In this document: piece after piece, positions 53,875 through 62,763 of the stretch
Position numbering within the stretch: the first letter of the stretch is position 1
How the letters are laid out: the number at the start of each line of letters is the position of its first letter
IMG/VR virus record: IMGVR_UViG_3300045988_098110
Coordinates: 14,402-78,401 of that record
Length of the DNA: 64,000 nt
Origin: a virus
Strand: one strand, 5' to 3'
The notes under the pieces: model-generated
Told to the model about the DNA's origin: nothing
The model's input: the letters and a program-made list of their open reading frames with translations, nothing else
Database searches by the model: none
Position numbers and translations under genes: made by a program

Positions 53875-56349
53875 ATGGCAGAAACTATTATTTCTAATAA
53901 CGCGGAGGAGGTTCGTGTAAAGATTATTCCTGAGAAGGCCGGAACAGCCTATGATGCGAATAAGGCTTATCGCTTACTCGACTACATCGTTATCGACAAC
54001 ACGGAAATGTATATCTGTACCAATGTTGACGAGACGACAAACACGTGTGTCGGCAAGCCTCTGACTGACACCAACTATTGGGACAAGTGCATCAGCATGG
54101 CGGACATCAAGGCCGCGGCGGAGAAGGCCACCACGGCGGCCACCACGGCGGCCAAGAGCGCCAACGACGCGGCCACCGCCGCCAACACCGCCAAGACAAA
54201 CGCCGATGCCGCCACGAAGAAGGCTACCGATGCGGCAGGTGCGGCCACCACGGCCACTACAAATGCCAACACGGCAACGCAAAAGGCCAACGACGCAGCA
54301 ACGGCTTCCGAGAAGGTGAACGCCTCCATCACCGCCGAGAACGTGCTGGAGGTGACTGACCGCACGGGCACGAAGAAGACGCTGGCGCTGGCCGACAACG
54401 CTACGACGGTGGCGAAGATTGCCGCCCTGGAGGCAACCGATGAGCGGCACATGAAGCGCATCGTGGCGTTGGAGCAGTCGGTGGCCGACCTTGGAGGCAC
54501 ATCCGATGCTTACTACTACGCCTCGCAGGACACGTCGCAGGCCAGCCCCGACCTTGTGAACCCGCAGACCAATGTCAGCGTACAGATGTTGCAGGACATG
54601 TACCGCCCCTTCCTCGTCGACCACACCGAGGCGAAGGAGGGCGTGGAGGTCATGCCCGCCGACGAGCTGAAACGCAACAACTGGCTGCGCTATGCCGATG
54701 GCTCGTTCGCTCCTGCCGTGGGCATCACAGAGGAGATGCGTGCTGAGTGTGACGTGGAGCTCTATCTCGATGCCGAGCACACCGAGAAGTATTGCGACGC
54801 GGGCGCGTTCAACGCTGAGCGTTTCTACAACGAGTATGGCATGACGCAGAAGCTCTACGATGCCAACGGCAAGGCCGTGCGCATCCTACGCCCCTGGGAG
54901 ACGACAAGCAAGGACTACTCCATCATGGTGGGCGATCCCAGCGGCACGTATCTCCTCGATGATTACTCCACGAAGGAGGGCGAGCAGGACATCATGTATA
55001 AGGGCATCAGCAAGAGCTACCGTGAGGTGGCGGGATGCAAGCCTCGCTATCTCGCACCTACGCTCCTCGCTCCCTGTCACGCCACGAGCGTCAAGGGCGC
55101 GGACGGCAAGATTCGCTTCAGCTCCTTCCCGTTCCTATACAATCCTTGCGACGACAACACCAAGGGCGGGTTCAACTCCGATTTTGGCGTGAAGATGTTT
55201 TACGACAACGGCTGCTACCCTCGTGTGAACGATGTGTCGCAGGTGTCGTCCATTAAATATTCACGAAACAACAACTTCGACCAATCGAAGTCGTATCCGT
55301 TTGCGGAGGCGGGCTACCACGCCTACAACACGTTCCTCGTAGCCCATGAGCTGCTTTACGGCACCAACTATATCAACAACCCTGATACGCTATTCTCGTC
55401 GGGCACGTCGTCCACCGATTGGATTGCTGAAAACGATGAGGATGGTTGGCGCAGATACGGTGGCATAAGGGTCAAGGCTGGCAACGACGGTCAGTGGAGG
55501 CATCTGGTATGGAGCGCCAAACCGGCGTTTATGTGCAAGGATGCCAACGGAACGAAGATCAATGCGAGCATGACGGTGTTCGTCAACAACGATTTTCCCA
55601 AATGGCGCGAGATGGAGGCGCAGCTTGTCCTGTCGTTCGCGGCGGAGCTCGGCATACAGGAGAACACCGACTTTGAGGTTTATGGCCAGACCTACCGCTA
55701 TGTCACTCCCTCAAAGGCCAAGGGACTGGCGGATGGCTACATGAACGCCATCGTGTATAAGGTGGTGCCGGGTGAATGGCAAGGCTACGACGCCAACGGC
55801 AACGCCGTGACATGGAAATTTGAGGTGAACCTTCGGCAAGGCATCATCGACGGCCTGACGACATCGGGCGACATCTACCATTCTCGTGGAGGAGGCTACG
55901 AGCAGGTGGCCACCAACCATTACACATCACAAACGGGGCAAGCCGGTGGGAACGAAATAGACTTATACATAGAGACCGATCAGCGCAAATGGCACTCGGA
56001 GACATTGCCGATCAAGCCCGACCTCGGCGTGTTCGACTTCGAGAGCCATTATGAAAAAATGGCTCATATCTCGGACTTTATCACAGGGTGGCTCAAGCAA
56101 CGTGTTCCCCACACGTCGTTCTACAAGGTGGTGGGAGGACTACGCAACACGTATGTGACAGGCTACAACTCCAACGAGAACTATTATTCTTCTAATCCCA
56201 ACGAGCGCGTTCGCTTGTCCGCGCGTTCTGGCGGATATACAACCTGGATCGGTTGCGCTTCGCGCTGTCTGTTTGCGACCTCTTCTGTTCTGTCTGCGGT
56301 TCGGTACATTGGAGGTTCTGCTCAATGTCTTTTCAAGAAACGCCGTTAG
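53875..56349 (+). CDS. tail fibre / receptor-binding protein
   Basis: 824 aa. The N-terminal YDANKAYRLLDYIVIDNTEMYICT..NYWDKC is followed by an Ala/Thr-rich coiled stalk and a large globular C-terminus. Confidence 0.7.
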   Translation: MAETIISNNAEEVRVKIIPEKAGTAYDANKAYRLLDYIVIDNTEMYICTNVDETTNTCVGKPLTDTNYWDKCISMADIKAAAEKATTAATTAAKSANDAATAANTAKTNADAATKKATDAAGAATTATTNANTATQKANDAATASEKVNASITAENVLEVTDRTGTKKTLALADNATTVAKIAALEATDERHMKRIVALEQSVADLGGTSDAYYYASQDTSQASPDLVNPQTNVSVQMLQDMYRPFLVDHTEAKEGVEVMPADELKRNNWLRYADGSFAPAVGITEEMRAECDVELYLDAEHTEKYCDAGAFNAERFYNEYGMTQKLYDANGKAVRILRPWETTSKDYSIMVGDPSGTYLLDDYSTKEGEQDIMYKGISKSYREVAGCKPRYLAPTLLAPCHATSVKGADGKIRFSSFPFLYNPCDDNTKGGFNSDFGVKMFYDNGCYPRVNDVSQVSSIKYSRNNNFDQSKSYPFAEAGYHAYNTFLVAHELLYGTNYINNPDTLFSSGTSSTDWIAENDEDGWRRYGGIRVKAGNDGQWRHLVWSAKPAFMCKDANGTKINASMTVFVNNDFPKWREMEAQLVLSFAAELGIQENTDFEVYGQTYRYVTPSKAKGLADGYMNAIVYKVVPGEWQGYDANGNAVTWKFEVNLRQGIIDGLTTSGDIYHSRGGGYEQVATNHYTSQTGQAGGNEIDLYIETDQRKWHSETLPIKPDLGVFDFESHYEKMAHISDFITGWLKQRVPHTSFYKVVGGLRNTYVTGYNSNENYYSSNPNERVRLSARSGGYTTWIGCASRCLFATSSVLSAVRYIGGSAQCLFKKRR

Positions 56350-56404
56350 TCGCAGCCACCGTGTGTGTATTAAATAATCTTTTAACAAGAAATGCAAGAA
56401 AGAT

Positions 56405-57166
56405 ATGATAGCAAAAAATTACATGGAGTTGCCCACCGAAGGGCTGACAAGAGGGTGCATGCTCGACGAGGGCAATGCGGTGACGGTGTATCTCGACGCG
56501 CACGAGGTGGTGCGGCAGGTGCCCGACGGCAACCCCGAAGAGGGGAAGGTGAAGGACGAGAAGGTGCGCGTGGGCTATGCCGTGCGCTGCCTGAAGCCGT
56601 TTAGCGAGGACAGGGCGGTGGATTCCGCCATACAAACGGCCTTCGGCTTGCGCGATGGCGAGGTGTCGCGATTCAATGCTGACATGGCGATGAAGATCGC
56701 CGATGGTAGCGACGACGCTACGGTGGCCGAATACAAGAGCTTCGTTAAGTGGTTACGTTTGGAGCTGGCCAAGGCGCTCGGCACTTTGGATGCACTCACG
56801 GCGGCAAAGGAGCAGAAGATAGCGGAGATTGATGCCTACGACCAATCATCCGCCGTGAACGGCTTTACGCTCAACGGTGCTACCGTGTGGCTCGACAAGG
56901 CCACGCGTGTGGGCCTGATGAACTCCACCAACATCGCCAAGGCTTCGGGTAGCGCAAACACGACGCTGTGGCTGGGTGGCGAGCGCATGGTGGTGCCGTG
57001 CGACAAGGCCATACTGTTGCTCTCGGCATTGGAAATGTACGCCCTCGGATGCTTCAACGTCACGGCGGCGCACAAGAAGGCGGTGAGTGAGCTGACAACC
57101 CTCGACGAGGTGCTGGCCTACGACTATACGAAGGGCTATCCAGAACAGTTGAAGATGGAGGTGTAA
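56405..57166 (+). CDS. DUF4376-like protein (fibre assembly/accessory)
   Basis: AAKEQKIAEIDAYDQSSAVNGFTLNGATVWLDKATRVGLMNS...LSALEMYALGCFNVTAAHKKAVSELTTLDEVLAYDYTKGYP fits the DUF4376 pattern. Confidence 0.45.
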   Translation: MIAKNYMELPTEGLTRGCMLDEGNAVTVYLDAHEVVRQVPDGNPEEGKVKDEKVRVGYAVRCLKPFSEDRAVDSAIQTAFGLRDGEVSRFNADMAMKIADGSDDATVAEYKSFVKWLRLELAKALGTLDALTAAKEQKIAEIDAYDQSSAVNGFTLNGATVWLDKATRVGLMNSTNIAKASGSANTTLWLGGERMVVPCDKAILLLSALEMYALGCFNVTAAHKKAVSELTTLDEVLAYDYTKGYPEQLKMEV

Positions 57167-57171
57167 GGCGT

Positions 57172-57645
57172 ATGGTAGTGTTTGTTCCAATATTTATCTA
57201 TGCCCTGACGCTCCTGCTCATTGCGCTCTACTCGCGCGACATGGGGCGACCCACGATGATCAGCGAGATGTATTATGGCTGGGGGCGCTCCTGGGGGATG
57301 CCCTGCGTGTTGGTGTCGCTCGCCCTGTCGTTCCTGCCTATGATGCTCGACCTCGGAGGCCAGCAGTGGCTCGCCTTCCTGACGTGCATGGGGTTGGCCT
57401 TCGTGGGTGCGGCCCCCGCCTACCTGAGCGTGTGTGAGCGTGGCGTGCATAAGGGAGCCGCCATCCTGTCGGCCTTGGCGGGCACGCTGTGGTGCCTGAC
57501 GATGGAGCCGTGTGTGGTGGCCGTGGCCGCCCTCATGGCCGTCATAGCCTCGCTCGCCGACCGCCGTTGCTGGCTGTTCTGGTGCGAGGTGTGCGCCCTG
57601 TCGTCGGTGGCCGCCACGTTGATGCTAAAGACATTTGGCGCATGA
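57172..57645 (+). CDS. multi-pass membrane protein
   Basis: 157 aa with 4-5 hydrophobic helices. Confidence 0.55.
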   Translation: MVVFVPIFIYALTLLLIALYSRDMGRPTMISEMYYGWGRSWGMPCVLVSLALSFLPMMLDLGGQQWLAFLTCMGLAFVGAAPAYLSVCERGVHKGAAILSALAGTLWCLTMEPCVVAVAALMAVIASLADRRCWLFWCEVCALSSVAATLMLKTFGA

Positions 57646-57863
57646 GCAGGCTCTTCCAACTCAACAGGCGCGACTGCATCGGCCTCGCCTGTTGGCTTCT
57701 CGTCTCGCTCGCTATCGGCCTATGGTCGCTCCCGCTGATGGTGGCCCGCGAGCTCTACCAATGGCGGCGCTACCACCTGTCACGCTTCGAGTGGGAGGAC
57801 GTGGCGAGATACGCCGTGGTGATCATCGCAGGGTGTGTGGTGCGATTTTTATTGACAAGATAG
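57642..57863 (+). CDS. small two-TM membrane protein
   Basis: ATG 57642 lies within ORF 57489..57863 (MSRLFQLNRRDCIGLACWLLVSLAIGLW...) and has an ATGA overlap. Confidence 0.45.
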   Translation: MSRLFQLNRRDCIGLACWLLVSLAIGLWSLPLMVARELYQWRRYHLSRFEWEDVARYAVVIIAGCVVRFLLTR

Positions 57864-57919
57864 CGCAATTATGAAAAATATGTTGTAATTTTACAAAAAC
57901 ACAAAAACAGGAATAAGGT

Positions 57920-58480
57920 ATGGTAACAACAGAGGTGGTGGGTAATACAGGTACGCGGTTTCTCGGCAGCGTACTAAGCATCGAGTTCGTAACTGTTCTC
58001 GACGATATGCGGTGGATGCTGCTATTGATAGTATTATGCGTCATAGCCGACTTTCGCTACGGATGGGGCGAGAGCTCCAAGCGGTACGAGGAGGCGAAGC
58101 GAAATGGTGACAAGATACTGATGATGCAATACGCTTGGCGCACATCCAGGGCGTTACGCAGGACAATCAATAAGCTCATCGACTATGTGGTGTGGGCAGT
58201 TGTCGGCATGGCTGTCGGCATGGCTATATTGGAGCCTATGGGCGTAAACCACATCTTCGGTGGAGTGGTGGCGACAGCAATCGCCGTGCTATGTGAGGCC
58301 AAGAGTTTCTTCGGGCATTTCTTCTATCTGCACGGCGTGACTTATAACGATAGGACCTTCATGGGATTTGCAAAGGCGTTCATCGTGGCGCTCGCCAAAC
58401 GCAAGAGTGAGGACATGGGGGCGGCGCTTGAAGAGAGCCTTAATGACGAAGAACAGGAGAAGCACCATGAAAGCAAGTGA
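57920..58480 (+). CDS. holin-like membrane protein
   Basis: 186 aa with three TM helices and a charged C-terminal tail. It overlaps the endolysin start. Confidence 0.55.
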   Translation: MVTTEVVGNTGTRFLGSVLSIEFVTVLDDMRWMLLLIVLCVIADFRYGWGESSKRYEEAKRNGDKILMMQYAWRTSRALRRTINKLIDYVVWAVVGMAVGMAILEPMGVNHIFGGVVATAIAVLCEAKSFFGHFFYLHGVTYNDRTFMGFAKAFIVALAKRKSEDMGAALEESLNDEEQEKHHESK

Positions 58481-58892
58481 CATATTGATAGCGAAGATCA
58501 AGGAGTTTGAGGGTTACATGTCTCGGGCCTACCGTGATGCGGTAGGCGTGTGGACCTGCGGCTACGGCCACACAAGAGGAGTGACAGCAAAGACCTCATG
58601 CACACAGGCACAGGCCGACGCATGGTTGCGACAAGATCTTGCGCCCATCGAAAAGAAGCTGGGTGGCATCAAGGAGATAGACTCACAGGGTAAGCTCGAC
58701 GCTTGCCTTGACTTCTGTTTTAATCTTGGCTTGGGCAGCTTCCTACGCTCCACACTCCTAAGAACAATCAAGACAGGCATGGACGAAAAGCGCATCAAGG
58801 CAGAGTTCATGAGGTGGGTCTACGCAGGAGGCCGAAAGCTCGACGGCCTTGTTAAGAGAAGAGAATGGGAGGCCGAGCGGTTCTTTCAGTAA
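58467..58892 (+). CDS. endolysin, GH24 (T4/lambda-type) lysozyme
   Basis: Trimmed to ATG 58467. IKEFEGYMSRAYRDAVGVWTCGYGHT is the catalytic Glu and GxGHT signature. Confidence 0.85.
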   Translation: MKASDILIAKIKEFEGYMSRAYRDAVGVWTCGYGHTRGVTAKTSCTQAQADAWLRQDLAPIEKKLGGIKEIDSQGKLDACLDFCFNLGLGSFLRSTLLRTIKTGMDEKRIKAEFMRWVYAGGRKLDGLVKRREWEAERFFQ

Positions 58893-58913
58893 CAACAATA
58901 AAACAACATAGCT

Positions 58914-59336
58914 ATGAGAAGATATTGGTTACAATGGCTCACGTTCGCTATACTGGCCGTGATGCTCATGACGCTGGCGGGATGCAGGAGTGTGAAATAC
59001 GTTCCTGTCACGGAGTACAGGGACAGGTACGTAAGCAAGACGGACAGCTTCATCAAGACGGATAGCGTCTATCTGCACGATAGCGTATCAGTCTTTTCGG
59101 AAGGTGACACCGTCTACATTGCCAAGACACGCTATAAGGATAGATTCAAAATCGTCTACCACACCAAGACCGACACCGTAGCCGTGCATGACTCCATACC
59201 CTATCCTGTCAAGGTGGAGGTGGAGAAAAGGCAGTCGGCCATCGACAAGGTGTTCGCATGGCTTGGCAAGATGGCAGGTATTTTGTTTGTCGTGTTCACC
59301 GTGCTCATCGTGTATAACCTCGTCAGGAAACATTAG
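58914..59336 (+). CDS. unimolecular spanin candidate
   Basis: Lipobox LMTLAGC at the N-terminus and a single C-terminal TM (AGILFVVFTVLIVYNLV). It lies directly after the endolysin. Confidence 0.55.
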   Translation: MRRYWLQWLTFAILAVMLMTLAGCRSVKYVPVTEYRDRYVSKTDSFIKTDSVYLHDSVSVFSEGDTVYIAKTRYKDRFKIVYHTKTDTVAVHDSIPYPVKVEVEKRQSAIDKVFAWLGKMAGILFVVFTVLIVYNLVRKH

Positions 59337-59435
59337 AAAACGTTCTTTTAGTTTTGATTTAGATAGGTTCAAGTTAGTTTTTAGGTAGTACTTCTTTGGA
59401 GAAAGAAGATTGGTTTTTATTCAGGTTAACGCACG

Positions 59436-59480
59436 CCCTGCTCTCCCGTGACGGGACGGCAGGGTTTTATATTTTTAATT
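59436..59480 (+). terminator. rho-independent terminator of the late operon
   Basis: CCCTGC..(CCCG tga CGGG)..GCAGGG extended hairpin followed by TTTTATATTTTT. Confidence 0.7.
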
Positions 59481-59517
59481 TTTCAAGGCTGATATGTCGC
59501 ATATACAAAAAATTTAC

Positions 59518-59525
59518 TACCTTTG
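59518..59525 (+). promoter_or_regulatory. -7 box TACCTTTG
   Basis: Located 31 nt upstream of ATG 59556. Confidence 0.5.
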
Positions 59526-59555
59526 CAAATGTCAATCTGACCAAAGGAGGAACTT

Positions 59556-60062
59556 ATGACAAAGGAAGAGGAAGGCGTTATCCTTTCATTCATGCAAGGA
59601 AAGGATGTGAGCGAGGTGTTATCGTTGTTGATTAAGAACGGCAATAGGTATTCAAGGCGCATATTGAAGTTTTTCAAATGGTTCTGCAAGTGGGCGCCAA
59701 TAGTCATCATGTGTTTTCACGCTTATGGAATGGTGGATTTCAGCACTCATCCGAGAGAAATGTTCCTCCCATACAAGGAGAACACGGCCTGTTACCTGTT
59801 CATCTACTTTATGGTGTATGTGCTACCGATAGTCATTATCTTGGCCTCCCGTTTCTTTTTCCTATGTTGGAAGTATCGTGTGCCGTTCTTTTATTATTTT
59901 GGAGTGAACGCCATCCACATTTGTTTCGGTAGCATCTTCACGACAAACGAAATGATCATGCCTCACTTTTGCTTGATGGCAATGATAGCGAGCATGTACC
60001 TGTATGGCATGGCCGACTGGTTCTTGAAGAACACGGCGATCGGAAGAAAGTTTTTCTCATAA
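59556..60062 (+). CDS. multi-pass membrane protein (cargo/moron)
   Basis: 168 aa, an AT-rich gene with its own promoter box. About 4 TM helices follow a soluble N-terminus. Confidence 0.6.
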   Translation: MTKEEEGVILSFMQGKDVSEVLSLLIKNGNRYSRRILKFFKWFCKWAPIVIMCFHAYGMVDFSTHPREMFLPYKENTACYLFIYFMVYVLPIVIILASRFFFLCWKYRVPFFYYFGVNAIHICFGSIFTTNEMIMPHFCLMAMIASMYLYGMADWFLKNTAIGRKFFS

Positions 60063-60101
60063 CTGTCATTTCTGTGAAAATATCACAAAATCCCGCTTGA
60101 T

Positions 60102-60443
60102 ATGAAAAAGATGTTCAACTATTACACCTTGGCCTTGATATTGAAGTCGCTCTACGAAAGCTGCATGAAAGCGTGGGAGCAACAACAGAAAGGCGAGAAG
60201 GTAACGGCCTGTGGCATGAGCGACGAGGATATTGACGAGTTGTGTCAAGACATCCTCCCCAACATGCTCAACCCTATGATGAGCACCGAGGAGGTGAAGG
60301 AGAAGCTGCGTGTGAGCGACGCCACGCTTAACAGGCTTGTGGCCAAGGGCGACCTACCGAATGGCGAGTGCAAGAGGCGTGGCCATACGAGGTATTGGAA
60401 GAAATGGGATATTCTTCATTTTCTACGCAATAGGAAGAAGTAG
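60102..60443 (+). CDS. HTH DNA-binding protein (excisionase/AlpA-like)
   Basis: LRVSDATLNRLVAKGDLP...RYWKKWDILHFL. Confidence 0.5.
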   Translation: MKKMFNYYTLALILKSLYESCMKAWEQQQKGEKVTACGMSDEDIDELCQDILPNMLNPMMSTEEVKEKLRVSDATLNRLVAKGDLPNGECKRRGHTRYWKKWDILHFLRNRKK

Positions 60444-60535
60444 TAAAACAAGAGTCAATCAATGCCCAAACGTTAAGATTTGCAGTGCTTTGTTAATAAT
60501 AGCCCAAAATCCTTGCATTTTTCATTTAACAACAT

Positions 60536-60543
60536 TATCTTTG
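60536..60543 (+). promoter_or_regulatory. -7 box TATCTTTG
   Basis: Located 23 nt upstream of ATG 60566. Confidence 0.5.
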
Positions 60544-60565
60544 CAACTGCAAAATTACAATTACC

Positions 60566-60760
60566 ATGAAATCGATAATGAGCAAAACGAAGAGAAGCGC
60601 AAGCTATACCCCTGGTTTTTGGGATGGACTCGCTTCTATTTTTGGATTCGCTATACCTATTGAAGGAGAAAAGGTAAGCGACCAAGACGCAATGCGCTCA
60701 GATTGGGAAAACGTAGGTAATGACATAAGAAATGCTATGGGCAAAATATCTCTACAATGA
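60566..60760 (+). CDS. small hypothetical protein
   Basis: 64 aa with an ATGA overlap with the next gene. Confidence 0.5.
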   Translation: MKSIMSKTKRSASYTPGFWDGLASIFGFAIPIEGEKVSDQDAMRSDWENVGNDIRNAMGKISLQ

Positions 60761-61134
60761 GAAACAAGCAACAAGGATTAAGCAAAGAGACAACTACCGT
60801 TGTTTCGATGCAGCAGCATTATAGCGGTCCTCTGCCTCCTGCGCAAGAGTTCAAGGCTTATGGAGAGGTATTACCAAACGCCCCAGAGCGCATCCTTGCA
60901 ATGGCAGAAGGAGAGCAAAAACACCGTCATAAGAAAGAAATCCGAGCCTTAAACGCAAGAGCATTTGTTAGCATTCTTGGCATGCTCTTTGGAGTTGGAA
61001 TAGTTATCATGTGTATATGGTTTGCGTATAAGCTCGGAATGAGCGGCCATGATTGGCTTGCTGGTTCTATTGTCGCAATTACAACCAGTTGTGCTATGAT
61101 ATTCGTTCTCAGAAGGAAACCCAACAAAGAATAA
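60757..61134 (+). CDS. DUF2335-like membrane protein
   Basis: HYSGPLPPAQEFKAYGEVLPNAPERILAMAEGEQKHRH followed by two TM helices matches the DUF2335 pattern. Confidence 0.6.
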   Translation: MRNKQQGLSKETTTVVSMQQHYSGPLPPAQEFKAYGEVLPNAPERILAMAEGEQKHRHKKEIRALNARAFVSILGMLFGVGIVIMCIWFAYKLGMSGHDWLAGSIVAITTSCAMIFVLRRKPNKE

Positions 61135-61145
61135 TAAAATATTTC

Positions 61146-61177
61146 AGCCTGCCTCGCATTGAGGTAGGCTTTTTTGT
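61146..61177 (+). terminator. rho-independent terminator
   Basis: AGCCTGCCTC / GAGGTAGGCT stem followed by TTTTTTG. Confidence 0.75.
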
Positions 61178-61375
61178 TTCAGTAGTAAAGGATTACTTTA
61201 CAACTGAAATGTTAAACATGTTAACGTAATAGGCTTTTCTTAACATGAACCATACGACGTATTAACAAACTCCAGTTTTGTTAACATGATAGAACCGCCT
61301 ATCACCTTATCTTTCTCGTTATCTGCGTGTTACAAAAAGTGTGAGCGAGTTATGCACTTATCCATTATGAAGGAC

Positions 61376-61383
61376 TAACTTTG
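61376..61383 (+). promoter_or_regulatory. -7 box TAACTTTG
   Basis: Upstream of GTG 61403 / ATG 61445. Confidence 0.45.
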
Positions 61384-61444
61384 CCTACGTAACGTTACAA
61401 TAGTGTTAGTTCAAATAAGGTATAACAAGAAAGATTGTATTATC

Positions 61445-62152
61445 ATGGATATGACAGATGCAAAAGTAGTAGAGAAGAAAATCTACGAAGATGGAAAGAA
61501 AGAGTATGCCAGCAAGGGCTTGGCAGGAACAGCCCTTGGCATTGGTATAGGTGGCCTTGCGCTCGCGCTTCTCAACGGAGGTGGTCGAGGCGTATTCGGC
61601 TCCCTCGGTGGTGGCAATATGCCCGAGAACGTGAACATCAACGCTTATGGAGCTAACGCAAGCTCCAATCAGCCAACCGCCTTACAGGTAATGGAGAAGG
61701 AATGCGCTGACGAGGTGAAGCTGCTTACCGATATGTTCGGTTTGAAGCTCGACACCGCCAACAAGTTCTACGCTATGCGTGAGACAGACATCGCCGAGAA
61801 ATTCTCTATGTACAAGGGTGGCGTAGAGGCTATCAATGCCGAGAACCGCCGTGCTATGCAAGCAGAGTTCGGTCTGTATAAATCTCAGATTGATGCGGAC
61901 TTCGGCCTCTACAAGAACCAGCGAGACAACTACGACAACTTGCAGGCCAAGTATTGCGAGCTCGACAAGAAGGTGGCCGTGATGGAAGCCCTCACTCCCT
62001 ACAAGGAGAAGCTGATGATGGCTTACGTTAACGAGAAGACTTGCGACTGTATTCATGGACAGTTGGTGCTCCCCTCTACGCCAGTTGTTTCTGGTTACGG
62101 GAGTTACGGTTGTAACTGCAAGGTCGCATCAGCGCCCTCCACAGGAGCGTAG
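61445..62152 (+). CDS. hypothetical protein (Gly-rich TM segment plus coiled region)
   Basis: ORF 61403..62152; ATG 61445 is preferred (MDMTDAKVV...). The segment GLAGTALGIGIGGLALALLNGGG is hydrophobic. Confidence 0.55.
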   Translation: MDMTDAKVVEKKIYEDGKKEYASKGLAGTALGIGIGGLALALLNGGGRGVFGSLGGGNMPENVNINAYGANASSNQPTALQVMEKECADEVKLLTDMFGLKLDTANKFYAMRETDIAEKFSMYKGGVEAINAENRRAMQAEFGLYKSQIDADFGLYKNQRDNYDNLQAKYCELDKKVAVMEALTPYKEKLMMAYVNEKTCDCIHGQLVLPSTPVVSGYGSYGCNCKVASAPSTGA

Positions 62153-62277
62153 CAGGTCAGCGAAGAAGTCCGTAAGACGGGCCAAGAAGAAATGAGTTGG
62201 TGAGGGGCGTTTGCCCTCGTTGGTGGACGCCCTCTCACCTCTCCATAAAACATATCACCAACTTAAAGATATTGATC

Positions 62278-62763
62278 ATGATGAATTTCGCAAACAGTCC
62301 ATTGTTGGATATGGGCACAGGCCAGCAGCCGCAGATGATGGATGCTGAGTTGCAGAAGATATACGAAGCGCTACAACAAAAGCGTGCGTCCATCAACATG
62401 CAAGCGCAGCAATCGCCTACTCCATTATGGGACGAGATAGACAAGATAGAGGACTCGCTCACAGGCGCCCAAAGGAAATACCTATCCCAAAACAAGGAGT
62501 ATGTCGATAGCTTGCAGTACGTTACAAAGCTCGTGCAGGACGAGGAGCTACGCATCATACGCCCACGAATAGAGGCGACGCAGCAAGGACAGGAGGCATT
62601 GAGGAAGCATCTGTCTCTCATGCAGAAATTGCGCAAGGAGGTAGCTCAGGCAGAGGAGCAGAAAACCGCCTTGCTCAACGACTACATGGAAAACCATAGC
62701 GATAAGACATGGCAAGAATATCTCACCATGATACAAGGCAAGAAAGGAGGAGCTAAGAAATGA
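62278..62763 (+). CDS. hypothetical coiled-coil protein
   Basis: ORF 62197..62763 trimmed to ATG 62278 (MMNFANSPLL...). Confidence 0.5.
   Translation: MMNFANSPLLDMGTGQQPQMMDAELQKIYEALQQKRASINMQAQQSPTPLWDEIDKIEDSLTGAQRKYLSQNKEYVDSLQYVTKLVQDEELRIIRPRIEATQQGQEALRKHLSLMQKLRKEVAQAEEQKTALLNDYMENHSDKTWQEYLTMIQGKKGGAKK

Noticed and set aside
43946-56349. Diversity-generating retroelement or invertible shufflon acting on the fibre genes.
   Set aside because: No reverse transcriptase gene is present, and I could not see a template/variable repeat pair or inverted-repeat-flanked fibre segments by eye. The serine recombinase lies about 28 kb away.
47099-57700. Many long antisense or alternative-frame ORFs, e.g. 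47513..48463 (316 aa), 51966..52775 (269 aa, an almost exact mirror of 51975..52772) and 53974..54780 (268 aa).
   Set aside because: They occur only in the high-GC block, where stop codons are rare. Their translations are Arg/Gly/Val/His-rich with no motifs. The sense-strand products have clear fibre features.
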